Source: Chiloscyllium plagiosum (lineage: Eukaryota). From it: DNA of 64,000 bases. Below the pieces are notes generated by a model, which worked only from the letters and a program-made list of their open reading frames with translations, was not told the DNA's origin and did not search any database. The translations under genes and the position numbers were made by a program. Below are positions 12,674 to 25,545 of the stretch, piece by piece (within the stretch, counting starts at the first letter, position 1; each line of letters begins with the position of its first letter). The stretch is taken from the NCBI RefSeq assembly GCF_004010195.1, contig NC_057751.1:5325223-5389222 (forward strand), given 5' to 3'.

Positions 12674-13303
12674 TGTTATGGATGAGGCCAGGCCACTCAA
12701 AACATTGTTAAGCAGGCAGCCCCAGACCATAACTTTGCAATTTGTTTAAGTTGGTGGACAGTGAAAATTATCTGGAGTAAGTTAGCGAGGTTGACTGCCA
12801 GACAGACAGAAATTTATTCACAAAATCCCACAATGAAACATAAAGCAGAGAATGAAGAACCCCTACAGAACTCAGTCTATCCAAACTAGACTTCATTATG
12901 CTGTTCCAAAAATACACAACAGTCCCAAGAAGCAAACCCCTTAAACACAGAGTAAAAATGAAACACAGCCTAGCAGATTGAAGTTTGAAGTGAAGAAGGA
13001 GAGAGAGAGAGAAGGTGCAGTCTCAAACCTGCCTGACTTCACACCAGCCACTGCTGAACCAAACTAACTCCGAACTCTGAACTCATTGGATCAGCTGGAG
13101 AGCTGGCCACTCCCCCTTGACTACACAAGTTACTGACAAAAACAACAAAGTTTTGGCCTGAGCACCCATTTGTTAACGTACAAACGAAAAGGCCTCCCAA
13201 TACCCTTTTCATCCCTGGACCAGTTCAGCCGGTTTGGCCCCTGGGCTGGTTTCTGACCCCACTGAAAATAAATCAAGGACTTGGAAGCCTTGACTTTGTG
13301 ACA
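12674..13303 (-). mobile_element. Solo LTR-like element
   Basis: TGT...ACA termini, near-TSD GTAG/ATAG, interrupts a TG-rich low-complexity tract; shares its TGTTATGGA end with copies at ~40 kb and 60.4 kb. Confidence 0.65.
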
Positions 13304-13839
13304 ATAGGGTGATGCATCTGGTGACTGTGGTGAGTTTGCTGGTGGAGATGGTGAGTTTGATATTGGGTACAATGATGGTGGTGATAGATACAGGGTGATA
13401 ATTATCTCCGTAGATCTATACAATGTGGTGAGACCTTCAGGGGTAATGGTTTGATTACTCCCAAGGGGCATGTCTTGATCGAATACTGAGATTCCTAGAG
13501 AGGATCCCTTGCCCAACGCACACCCTGATGAGACACCCTTAGCTGTTGGGAGCTGCCTCTCCCCCTTTGAGTTGAAAAGTCAACTGGGGGGGGAATGAAA
13601 TGTTGGACCTGACGGCAGGGTGGAGGGGGGGCTGCAACGTTTCAAACCACCTTCAAGAGTCAATGCCCGAATTGTGCAGCGACCAGGTATGGAGAGGAAT
13701 ATGAAATGAACTCATCCTCAGTCCGCAGGCGAGGATGTTCCCAGAAGCTTCCCCTTCCAATAGAATCACATTGGAATGGTGAGGAAGCTCAGAATATTAC
13801 CTGAATGAGCAGAGCCAAAGGGAGAATAGAGAGCAGTGA

Positions 13840-14062
13840 GATTGAAGGGGTCATACTGTGTGGAGTCAGCTCACAGCACCTCACAGAATCAGAGTTCTCC
13901 AATTGTGGCTATTAACCTGGTCCAATCAGGGAGCCCTGGCTGACGGATAGAAACAGGAAGGTCACTCTGAGAGCTGGCTCTGAGGGAGCTGGGTCAATGT
14001 CATTTCCCTCTCCATGCGTAACTAAAGGCTGACAGGACACTGACCTCTGTCGAGCTATCTCA
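13840..14062 (+). mobile_element. Short LTR-like repeat fragment
   Basis: CCAAT followed by degenerate TATA-like and polyA-like motifs in LTR order; resembles a recalled shark repeat; boundaries uncertain. Confidence 0.35.
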
Positions 14063-15747
14063 CTGCCTGCTGATGACACTCTGTTCAGCAGATGACAGGA
14101 GGCAGAGGCATCATTAAAGAATGACAATGAGGCATGGGTGAGTGGATGGCATTTTCAGATGAGCAACTACCCTCGACTGCTTTCGTGCTGATTTTCCCTC
14201 TTGCTCCGAGAGATGCAAGCTGACATGTGGACTTTGGCCCACACCCTTTCACCAGCCTCCTGTGGTCCCAGCTCAGTCAAGTAGTTTTACACTACTCCGA
14301 TGAGTCACCTTGCAGCCACCAGCCGGAATCTGATGCCTTGTTCAGTGGGAGTGGCGGATTGAAACTTTAATTAACATGGGGATCCGCCCCCCCAGCCACC
14401 TCTCCCACCCCAGGCAGGGAGAGACAGCCATCTTTCAGGTCTTCATTTTGGCCAAATTCAAACCTGGCTCCCAGAAGGTGAGAAAGGGCCAGTATCTAAG
14501 CCCCATTAGCTGTGACCCTCTGGGAACAGACTGCACTGTTGGACATCACTGTTCAGCCTTACTGTTGCTAACAGAGGAAGCTGTACCAGGTAGCACTTTG
14601 GTATGAGCCCTCTGAAATGGGGAACACACTCACAAAGGTGGCTGTCTTCACCTCCATTCCATCTCCAAAGGGACATGGATCCATCCGGAAAAGGACCACA
14701 GAGAATTCCTGGCTCTCGCAAGCTCCCAGGGCAAACTCAGGAGTTGCATGTGCAGCAGGAAAGAGAAAAAGGATTGTCGGAGGGGAAGGGTACCGTCTTT
14801 GCAATGACATCGCAATCAGAAGGTCAACCTTCAACGTGAATTTGCATTTAACTGGTGACTGAAGCAGAGTCAAATATCTAAAGGTGCATTGCAGGAATCT
14901 AACACGCCAGACTCTGACCCCGAGATGGGTGAAGAGATATGGCTCAGGGGTTGATGAGAAACCTGATCAAGGGGGAGGGTTTTTAATTCTTCAGAAAGAG
15001 AAAAGGCAGGCCCAGAGGTTCAGGGAGAGTATTTCGGAACTTAGAACCCAGGCAACTCAAGGCTCAGTGTCTAACGGTGGGGCAGTTAACAGAAAAGGTA
15101 CACATTAAGAGGCCAAGAATTGGAGCAGTGCAGAGACGATGGCTGATTGAAGGCGATAACTGAGGTAGGGAGGGGTGAAGCTAAGGAGGCAGATGAAGCT
15201 GCAGATAAGGGGGGGGGGGGGGGCACTACTTTCAGACAGAACTGACCCTGAGTATTCAGAGTAAAGGACTGGTGGCTGCGGTTATTTGTCAACATTGATG
15301 GTGGGCACACACATTGCATCGCTTTGATGAGGACGTGAGTAATGAGATTCTGCGAGTTAAATCAAACGGGAGGCAGTAAACGCAGGAAGATACTCTCACT
15401 CAGCAGGTTGATGGCGAAAAGGCAATCAGTCCAGCCGTGATCTCATTGAACGGCAGAGCAGACCTGAGGGGCTGAATGGCCTCCTGCTACTCCTGGGTGT
15501 TCTGGTCTGATTTAGCATTGCAGTGAAGAACTACAGGAGGGTGGAGAGTGCCTTTCTGTACAAGAGAGCTCTCATGGGGAGCAGCAAAAGCATGAGCAGT
15601 CTCATTGGGGAGCTTCAGGAGATGGACGAGAATGTTTTCACAAATAGGTAACTTTTGGCCTGTGTAACAGCAAGAGAGTGTGTGTGAATTTCTGAAAGGG
15701 GCTCAATTGCGTCTGTTTTTTTTCCCCTCTCTCTCTGTGTCTTCCAG

Positions 15748-15817
15748 CTAAAAAGCCTTTGGTGGTGGAAGACACCTACTTGCTCTGTCCTGCTCCAGTG
15801 CTACAGGAAGTTGACGG
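15748..15817 (+). CDS. ANTXR1: ANTXR1-like exon (~exon 11): TKKPLVVEDTYLLCPAPVLQEVDG
   Basis: Long pyrimidine tract, ccag|CTA...ACGG|gtacgt, 70 bp, phase 1-2; VEDTYLLCPAP motif. Confidence 0.95.
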
Positions 15818-17187
15818 GTACGTTGAGATTCTCTATTTTCCTCCCCTTCCCGTTCCCACACCCCCACATGCTTGGCTGCTGGCGCACCATTGGTCAGGCA
15901 CAGCATTTTGTAATGGAGCACTGTCTCTCAGTAAAATACCACGGCCAAACACAGACACAAAGTCACAGCCTCCTGTCTGAACGTTCAATTTCCGTCCTCG
16001 TGAGAGCGAGACTCAAAGACATGCATCGTCTGCCTCCAATGAAGCTACACTTTGGTGCAGAGATCAAGGTAACAAAAGCAACGAGAAGGAAGACATTTTG
16101 CAGCGTGCTGTGTTTTGCATGGGGCTGATGCCAAAGTGGAGCTCCAAACTAAATAGTGGAGTGATACAGCCTTGGAAACCGAGCAGCTGCCAGATGCCGG
16201 TGACACAAGGCAGTATACAGTCCAGGTCTCTGTGCTCTAAACTCCCTGGGCTGTAAGGCCTGAAATAAACAAGGCCACAAGCCCCCAAGGAGAGCATTTC
16301 CAGAGAACCCCTCAACCGTAATACCAATGTTAACTTGGAAACCCAATCCCTCAGCGATCCACGCATGGTGACATGGGAAAATCTCCCAGTGCAACCACCA
16401 AACAAGCCCAAAGCGACTTTTAATGTCACTGTTGGTGTGTGAGCTACATGCCAGGAAGTAGTGTACAGCAAGCTCCCACAAACACACATGACCCAAGGAT
16501 CACACCACCAGATTATGGCAGAGCTGCCTGGTGAAGGGGCGGGGGTGGGGGAGGGGAGAAAGAGTTCCCGTGCTCTCCTTCAAATTAACACCGACAGATC
16601 TTTCACGCCCCAACCCCCTTCCTGGGTACAAAGCAGGGGGCTTCAGTTCAGGACTGTCTCACTGAGTGTCACGCTCCCTCAGTAATGGAGGGGGGAGGAC
16701 TCTCAGCCTGGAACCTCTCAGTTCACCCATTGGACTGGGACCTGTCTTTCAGATTCTGTTCCTGAAGCGTTGGACTCTACCACCTCTGTAGGAGTTGGGG
16801 AGTCGGGGGAAGAGATTGGTAAGAAAAGCTAATCAGTTCAAAGCACTGGGAGATAAAGGATGGCTCTGTCCAAACCTGTTGGCAATGGGTTCCCCAGCAA
16901 GGGACAACGCCAAGATGTCAACACTGAGAGACAGCAGGTTAACGCAGCCTTCCCACCACACACCTCTCAGTCAGTAGGCAGAGGACTCTCATGTCACAAG
17001 GAAGTGAAGGAAGTTTGGAAATAAATGCCAGGGGTCGCTCATCATGACCTTGAACCTTCCCTTGGTTATTCCGAGGAACCTCAAAGTGCCCGTGAGGGAA
17101 GGGAAACTGTTGCACATCTGTGTGATTCCAGGCTCACGTGGTTAACTCGTGAATGCCCCTTTCACTCCATTCAAGGGCAAACAGGGG

Positions 17188-17515
17188 AGGGGATGGCCTA
17201 GTGGTACTGTCATGGGACTGTTAATCCGGAGCCCGAAGTCATGTTCTGGGGAGGAGTGGCGGGGGTAGCTGGGTTTGAATCCTGCTACAGCAGGCAGTTC
17301 AATTTGAATTCAATGTAAATCTGGAATTAAAGAAAATGATGACGACCATGAATCCTTGTCATGTCCTTTCAGGAAGGAAATCTGCCATCCTTACCTGGTC
17401 TGGCCTACATGTGACTCCAGACCCATAGCAATGCGTTTGACTCTCAACTGTCCTCTGGACAATGAGGGGTTGGCCATGGTCAGAATGTCCTTGCCCCATG
17501 AATGAATTAAAAAAC
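17188..17515 (+). mobile_element. tRNA-derived SINE, second family
   Basis: A-box TGGCCTAGTGG, B-box GGTTTGAATCC; body GGAAGGAAATCTGCCATCCTTACCTGGTCTGGCCTACATGTGAC recurs at ~28.84k, 33.2k, 42.6k and inverted at ~20.0k and 50.3k. Confidence 0.75.
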
Positions 17516-17764
17516 ATGGTGATGCTCAGCAAACACTAACCCTGCCAGCGATGACCAGCTCCTGAGAGGGAAGAGAGAAATGCCTGACTCAAATCGCATT
17601 GACCAGGGAATGTCTTGCCTCACTCCCTCATTATCCACATCCGACAGCCCACTCTCTCCCCTCTCCACACTCGCCCTGAGTCCATCCAAAGGCTTCTCTG
17701 TTCTCCGTGCCCACTCCCTGCCCAACGTCTACTGATACCACTGGAACAACCCGCCCAACATGCA

Positions 17765-17858
17765 TACACACACACACACACAGACACACACACAGACACA
17801 CACACGCACAGACACACACACACACTTGCACACTTACACACACAGACACACACACACA
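17765..17858. repeat. (CA)n microsatellite, imperfect
   Basis: Direct reading. Confidence 0.95.
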
Positions 17859-18418
17859 TATCCCCAAAGGGCTGGTGTCAAAGGTGATCCTGGATAGATA
17901 GCGATGGGTCAGCTCTCCAGGGTTGGGTTTGACTTGACCGTGGGGGTCTGACCCTCGCACCCCTCTCCCGCCTCACATCTCGCTCTGGAGTGGTTGTGAG
18001 GGGGAGCAACATGCCAGTGCTGGAGAACTGGGTATTGTTCGGACTGTGGGGCAGGAGCCCAGGCTGAGAACTACAGCCTACCAACCAAGTGAAGCCCTGG
18101 GGATTCAGGCAGTGCCTGGGGATGTCAGAGACATGAGGATGGGGGATTGGGGGTTAGGGTTGGGGGGAGACCAGACAGCAGCCTCCAACTTGGACAGGCC
18201 CACCCCTTTCCTTTTCCTTTCAGGCCAAGATTGTGAAGTGAAACCAAAGCTGGGCAGTGCTGCTTACACTGACCCATATACTGTAGTGGCTGGTCCAGTC
18301 AGTGGCTCATTGCCAACACCAAGGAATGGTGGGCAGGCAGGTTTCAGTGCCAGACCAGCCCAACAGATGGCTGTGTGTGTGTGTGTGTGTGTGTGTGTGT
18401 CTGTGTGTGTGTGTGTGT

Positions 18419-19299
18419 NNNNNNNNNNNNNNNNNNNNNNNNNNNNNNNNNNNNNNNNNNNNNNNNNNNNNNNNNNNNNNNNNNNNNNNNNNNNNNNNNN
18501 NNNNNNNNNNNNNNNNNNNNNNNNNNNNNNNNNNNNNNNNNNNNNNNNNNNNNNNNNNNNNNNNNNNNNNNNNNNNNNNNNNNNNNNNNNNNNNNNNNNN
18601 NNNNNNNNNNNNNNNNNNNNNNNNNNNNNNNNNNNNNNNNNNNNNNNNNNNNNNNNNNNNNNNNNNNNNNNNNNNNNNNNNNNNNNNNNNNNNNNNNNNN
18701 NNNNNNNNNNNNNNNNNNNNNNNNNNNNNNNNNNNNNNNNNNNNNNNNNNNNNNNNNNNNNNNNNNNNNNNNNNNNNNNNNNNNNNNNNNNNNNNNNNNN
18801 NNNNNNNNNNNNNNNNNNNNNNNNNNNNNNNNNNNNNNNNNNNNNNNNNNNNNNNNNNNNNNNNNNNNNNNNNNNNNNNNNNNNNNNNNNNNNNNNNNNN
18901 NNNNNNNNNNNNNNNNNNNNNNNNNNNNNNNNNNNNNNNNNNNNNNNNNNNNNNNNNNNNNNNNNNNNNNNNNNNNNNNNNNNNNNNNNNNNNNNNNNNN
19001 NNNNNNNNNNNNNNNNNNNNNNNNNNNNNNNNNNNNNNNNNNNNNNNNNNNNNNNNNNNNNNNNNNNNNNNNNNNNNNNNNNNNNNNNNNNNNNNNNNNN
19101 NNNNNNNNNNNNNNNNNNNNNNNNNNNNNNNNNNNNNNNNNNNNNNNNNNNNNNNNNNNNNNNNNNNNNNNNNNNNNNNNNNNNNNNNNNNNNNNNNNNN
19201 NNNNNNNNNNNNNNNNNNNNNNNNNNNNNNNNNNNNNNNNNNNNNNNNNNNNNNNNNNNNNNNNNNNNNNNNNNNNNNNNNNNNNNNNNNNNNNNNNNN
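18419..19299. other. Assembly gap (881 N) flanked by (TG)n on both sides
   Basis: Run of N; TG repeats at 18372-18418 and from 19300. Confidence 1.
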
Positions 19300-20459
19300 G
19301 TGTGTGTGTGTCCGTCCGTGCGTGCCTGTGAATGTGAGAGAGAGAGAGTGTCTGAACTGTGTGTGTATGTTTCCAGGTTCAGATTTGGCAGGGATTTAAC
19401 TTTTCCCATATTTCCATGCTATTTCCATTGAACTGGAGCCAGGTTGGAACTTCAAAGGTGCATTGCATTGGAGTGGATTTACAGAACCTGGAGTTCAGGT
19501 TGGAGAGATGGTTTTCCGGGATCTGAGTGAGTGAGGAAGTTTGATGCCAAGCTGGTTTTGATTTGTTTGTTTTGTATTGAGCAAGGCACCTTGGTCTGCT
19601 TCAGTATAACCCAAAGAGCTAGCAGGGGTTGGTGATGGACTACCAGGAGGTTTTTTTCTTTCTGAAGTTAAATCAGAACAGCTGGCAGCTGGGAGAGGAA
19701 AATTGTATAGTCCCACAGAGATGGCTGGTCACTGCCTGGGAAACTAAGGGAAAGGAAAAGCCTCTTCTTGATCCAATTTTTTTTTTCTCCTCCATCAAAG
19801 CCTCTTCAAGTGAAGGGTTTTCACTTTCAGATGTTCTTCATCCTGAGGAAGCAGGGTCTGGAAATTTCCTCAGAGATCTGCCAAGGAAGTCAATCTGCCC
19901 CGAGTGAATCTCTTCATTATTTGGTCATGGGAGACATGGGGAGATTGGGGGGGGTGCGGGGTGGGTGGCGTTTATGTTGTCCTTCCATGATTGTCCCAGA
20001 GGCCAGTGGAGAGTTGACCACATCGGTGTGGGTCTGGAGTCACATGCAGGCCAGGCGTGGGTGCCACAGACTGAACAAACCTCAGGAGTCTGGGAGGGAG
20101 TGTCAGGACTGCACTCGCTGGTGTCAATGAGGTTAACCAGTCCATGCAATGATAGAATCAGGCTGCTGCTGGGTTACACCAGGGTGATGGAGGAGTAGCA
20201 CTTAGAAAGGAAACTGACCCCTTCCCCTCACAGTGTGCTTGCCTCCATCACAAGCTCCTGTCAAATTTCTCGCCCATTCCACTGGCCTTCATTTGAAATT
20301 GCAGTCAGTGCTCAAGGGAGAGCCAAGAACATTTGACCTCAATTTGTTCAAAAAACATTCCATCAATTTGAAACTGTCTGCTCCAATTGCACAGACCTTA
20401 TCACACAGGAATTCACTGGCAAGTTGATGACTATGGATTCGGTTACTGTGTCATAAATG

Positions 20460-21124
20460 CTAGGTTACACTCCACTCTCTAAACTCACTCTCAGGTCGCC
20501 ATTATTCTGTACAGAAACCATCCTGATGAGATTCCAGTCTGTAATTCACTCTTGGGTAGCTGCTATTCTATAAATGAACCAACCTGAACACCTCGATTAG
20601 GTTGTAGTCTGTAACTCATTCCCAGGAATCCATTACTCTCTCTATATATGATTAGATTACTTACAGTGTGGAAACAGGCCCTTCAGCCCAACAAGTCCAC
20701 ACCGCCCCACCGAAGCGCAACCCACCCATACCCCTACATTTACCCCTTACCTAACACTACGGGCAATTTAGCATGGCCAATTCACCTGACCTGCACATCT
20801 TTGGACTGTGGGAGGAAACCGGAGCACCCGGAGGAAACCCACGCAGACACGGGGAGAACGTGCAAACTCCACACAGTCAGTCGCCTGAGGTGGGAATTGA
20901 ACCCGGGTCTCTGGCGCTGTGAGGCAGCAGTGCTCACCACTGTGCCACCGTGCTGCCAATATCACCCGAATCTCCTCGATTAGATTCCGGTCTGAAAGTC
21001 ACTCCCAGGAATCTGTTATTCTATAGAGAAACCATCCCGAATCCCTGGATTAGATTCCAGTCTGTCACTCCCCACTCCCCCATCTATCTGTTACTCTGTA
21101 CGTAAACCATCCTGAACCCCTTCA
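20460..21124. repeat. Degenerate ~70-bp minisatellite interrupted by a SINE
   Basis: Recurrent GATTAGATTCCAGTCTGTAACTCACTCCCAGGAATC..TTATTCT..AAACCATCCTGAA-like units; GATTAGATTCC at 20978 and 21048. Confidence 0.75.
20651..20957 (-). mobile_element. HE1-type V-SINE, full length
   Basis: tRNA-like head with A/B boxes, central GTGTGGAGTTTGCACGTTCTCCCCGTGTCTGCGTGGGTTTCCTCCGG core and tail. Confidence 0.9.
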
Positions 21125-21817
21125 GAGAATTGAGACACAAGGTGGAGGGGAACAGAGGGATTGTGGTTTCCACAGTGTTACCCTGGAGCAGCTGTGTGTG
21201 TGTGTGCGTTTGTGTGCACACACATGTCTGTGTGTGTGTGCGCGCACGTGGGCACACACATGTCTGTGTGTGTGTGAAGAGCTTAAACAGTTGAGAAGAG
21301 AATGATATTTTCAACCCTTCCACGATCAAACATGCCAACGATAGAGTGAAGTGCTCTTCCACATTTATCTGAGTCAGCACTCCCACCATGATTTGTTGGG
21401 ACTGAAAGGTGCTGGAAAACATAGGAAAAAAATGACTGTCTTGGTCTGTGCACAGCTCAAAGCCAGATGATGACCCTGTGGGATGGTTTTTCCCTTAAAG
21501 CTGGAGTTCAGTCATTCAGCTCTTCAGTGCCTTGGAGGGAGCAGTGTCATCATTCATTGTCACAATCTGAGGTTCCCTCTGAATTGCCATTATCATCAAA
21601 TGTGCAAAGGCATCCAGGACTGGTCTCCATCCAGTTTCAATTCTTTATGTCCCTACTTTGTCTGCAATAATTACAGCAACTCATTGCGTGTCAAAAACTG
21701 CGGGTGCTTTCAAAGTGATCTGTCTAATTCCAAGAACACTTTCATTTCCTTAGCAGTTTGTTTTCCTTCTTGGTCCATGGTGAGAGTTTAATGTGAAAAT
21801 TGTCTGTCTTCTTACAG

Positions 21818-21896
21818 AGTGGTCTTCCTGCAGGTCAGCATGAATGAGGGTCTGAGTTTCATCTCCAGTTTTGTCACCATCACAACAGTCCACTGT
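21818..21896 (+). CDS. ANTXR1: ANTXR1-like exon (~exon 12): VVFLQVSMNEGLSFISSFVTITTVHC
   Basis: tacag|AGT...CTGT|gtgagt, 79 bp, phase 2-0; LQVSMNxGLSFISS motif. Confidence 0.95.
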
Positions 21897-23612
21897 GTGA
21901 GTAAAACCACCCTAACCTATCAACACTTTACAATCTGGGGAGATAAAATCATGGGATTTTTCTCTTCCTCATCTGATCTCTCAGTCTCACGATACTTAGA
22001 AGCAAGGGCTAGTTGACCCAACAAATCTGTGAATTGACGTTAACCTAGCCCAAACCTTCTATTTTAAATCCCCCATCCTCCGAAATAACAGCTTCTCCCC
22101 TCTTAAATCCCACACAACATTAAAGAATTCCCTGAGATTGTTATGATCCCAGCTCAAGCAAGTAGTGGACAAGTCAGATCGCAGAGCTAACCTTGGCGAG
22201 ACAGTGTTTGGTTCTTGCATTCTGTTACCATAATTGTTTGTCACCAAAAATATTCACATGTGCCTGCCAGTGTTCTTTAACACGTGCACAGGTTTACCCC
22301 ATGAAGCATTAAAAAAGCTGTGTGTGTATCCAACGTTTTGTCCCAAAACATCGACTTTCCTGCTCCTCGGATGCTGTCTGACCTGCTGTGCTTTTTCAGC
22401 TTGACAGCTACTGACTATATGTACATCCATTTGAAAAGATCTGAACCAAAGCAGCAAAACAAAGTTTCAACCCTTTTCCTAGCATTATCCTTGACAGATA
22501 CTCAAACCCAGAGAAATATCATTCTGTTCACAACTGTTTAATTTCTTCTCTTGCAGAATCTTCCCACTTCATCGCTGCTGAGATAGTTTTTTCAGTTTTT
22601 TTTTTCCCCAGCTCTGCTGGACTAAACCCACTTTCCGTTCTGATGACCTGAAGAGTTCTGCACAAACTCTCACAGCTTTGAGACCTCAACCCTTCTATTG
22701 AACTGAAAACTTGATTCTCATAACCTAGTGATCTCTGATCTGCTGCTTTTTTTTCTGTCATAAACTCAGCATTATAACATATTACCAGTGAACACCACAG
22801 GTATCCCATGAGGTGCTGAATTGTGTCATATATTTCTCAGAAATTATATCTTTAGATGACTATTCCCAATGACTTTCTGAATTCTGAATGAAAAACAGCT
22901 TCACTTCACAGACCTGAAACAAAAATCCCTCTGCCTTTGCATTAAAACTCCAAATTCTCAAATGAAAATATATTATCCGTCTGAGGCACAGGATCAACTT
23001 TGTCATTTCTTGATGTCAGATTTATTTATCATTTCTGGATCATGGGGAAACAGTGCCTTACTATTCTGGGAAATTAGTGAGATAAGGTTACAAGTTTGTC
23101 CCTTCTGCTTCTTCCCAAACAATGTCTGCTCTTTCTTTGTGTCTAACAAGGCCACAATAGAGAAAGGAATGACCTCTATGACTTTGCTCTTGCAATATTG
23201 CAGGATGCAATTATTCGAACGTGTTTGTGTTTGGCTGATTGAAGGAACAGCTGCTTCCTTCTGTTACAATCCCCAGGGACACTGACAATTTTCAGGAAGG
23301 CATGCATGGCCCAGCAACCAATGGAAATAACTGAAAGGCAAATTCTTGCATTCCAAGCTTTTACTGTAAATAACAAACCAAAATTAGATTAGACTAGATT
23401 CCCTACAGTGTGGAACAGGCCCTTCGGCCCAACAAGTCCACACCGACCCTCTGAAGAGTAACCCACACAGACCCCATTCCCCTCTGGCTAATGCACCTGA
23501 CCCGTTGGACAACAACCCGGTGTCATGTAATTTTTAACTTTGTCCACCCGGCTCCTGCACATCAAGACTGAGAAGTAGTGAAACGAACAGGGCCAGAGGA
23601 AAGGTATCCTGG

Positions 23613-23884
23613 GGCCTTGAGTGAGTCAAGGGAGGCGACAGAAGGGATGCTTGCAAATATTTTCAATTCCTCCCTGGCCACATGAGGAGCAGCTCAGGGC
23701 TGGAGGACAGCCAATGTGGGACCCTTTATCATGAATGGAGGAAAGGGCGGCCTTGAGTGAGTCAAGGGAGGCGACAGAAGGGATGCTTGCAAATATTTTC
23801 AATTCCCCCCTGGCCACATGAGGAGCAGCTCAGGGCTGGAGGACAGCCAATGTGGGACCCTTCATCATGAATGGAAGAAAGGGC
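23613..23884. repeat. 136-bp direct tandem duplication
   Basis: 23613-23748 versus 23749-23884, three mismatches seen. Confidence 0.95.
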
Positions 23885-23899
23885 ATAAGTTTAAGGGGG

Positions 23900-25545
23900 G
23901 GGGATGAAAGGATTTAAAAGGGACCTAAGGGGAAACGTTTTCACGCAGAGGGTGGTACGTGTATGGAATGAGCTGCCAGAGGATGTGGTGGAGGCTGGTA
24001 CAATTGCAACATTTAAAAGGCATTTGGGTGGGTATATGAATAGGAAGGGTTTGGAGGGATATGGGCCAAGTGCTGGCAAATGGGACGAGATTAATTTAGG
24101 ACATCTGGTCGGCATGAACCAGCTGGATTGAATGGTCTGTTTCCATGCTATACATCTCCGTGCCTCTATGATAAACCAGGAAATGACCGACCAGTCAGTT
24201 GGACCTCAGCACTGGGGAAGCTATTCGAAGGAATTCTGCGTGCCAGAATTAATGTGCGTTTGGAGAGGCAGGGATTAACCATGCTTTTGTTAAGGGACGA
24301 GATTAATTTAGGATATCTGGTCGGCATGAACCAGCTGGACTGAATGGTCTGTTTCCATGCTATACATCTCCGTGCCTCTATGATAAACCAGGAAATGACC
24401 CACCAGTCAGTTGGACCTCAGCACTGGGGAAGCTATTCGAAGGAATTCTGCGTGCCAGAATTAATGTGCGTTTGGAGAGGCAGGGATTAACCATGCTTTT
24501 GTTAAGGGCAGCTCATGTCTGACCAGGTACATCAGTGAGGGCAACGCTTTCAACATAGTCAGCTTGGACTGCAGCAAGGCTTTTGATTGGGTCCTACATG
24601 GGAGACTGACAGCAAAATGGGATCCCAAGAAATTTGCCTCATGGGACCCAGAATGGTAGTGGAAGCAGAAGGTGATTGTCAAGGGTTGTTTTTGTGACTG
24701 GGAGTCTGTGCTGTTTGTGGTTTTACTTGAATGTAGTAGGGTCAACAGTTGGATGATAATTGGTGAGGTGGTAAACATTGAGGAGGGCAGCCTGAGACTG
24801 GTCAGATGGACTGATCAGTGGCAAATGGAATTCAATCTGAATACATATCAGGTGATGCAGCAGACAAGGATTAGGGTGAGGGTTAAGGTTCAGGCATTAA
24901 GACAATGGAATACAGGATAAACATATGACCCAGGGAAACACTGAGGAGCAGAGGGACCTTGGTGTGCATCTCCACCAGTCTCATCTCAGGACAGGTCAAT
25001 GAAGTGGTTAAAGAGGCAGTTGGGACACTGAGGTGTAGGGTTTAAGAGCAGGGGGTTAATGCTGGAACAGTATAAACTGTTGGTTCTGCCACAACTCGAG
25101 TGCTGTGTACAGTTGTGGAACCCACATTACAGCAGGGAATGTGATAACACTGGAGAACATGCAGACAGAGATTTACCAGGATGTTACCTGGTGCTGAGAG
25201 TTTCCCTGATGAAGAGAAATTGGACAGACTGGGGTTGTTTACCCTGGAACAGTGGAGATGGAGAGGGGACATGTTTGAGATGGGAAAAATGATGAAGGGG
25301 GTAAACAGGGGAGGCAGGAAGAAGGTGGAGAGATCAGTGTCTGGGAGTGGAGATTGATGGGAAGGGGCAGGAGGTTTCGAGGGGATGTGAGGGAAATCTT
25401 TTTCACACAGAGTATGGTGGGGAATCTGGCGTTGACTGCCTGTCAGGGCGAGAGAGGCAGAAACCCCATCCCATCGAGGAAGTATTGTGAACCTGTGATG
25501 GTCAGGTGATAGTCCAAGGGCTAGGTAATGGAATCAGACTCATGA
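23900..25545 (+). mobile_element. Two adjacent CR1-like LINE pieces (young 3' end, then an older decayed ORF2)
   Basis: RGNVFTQRVVRVWNELPEDVVEAG, then RPVSWTS..GKLFE, WQMEFN and PQLECCVQLW motifs. Confidence 0.85.
24082..24505. repeat. 212-bp direct tandem duplication
   Basis: 24082-24293 versus 24294-24505, near identical. Confidence 0.95.

Noticed and set aside
18046..19431. Long ORFs of 318-461 aa
   Set aside because: Artefacts of the N gap and flanking microsatellites
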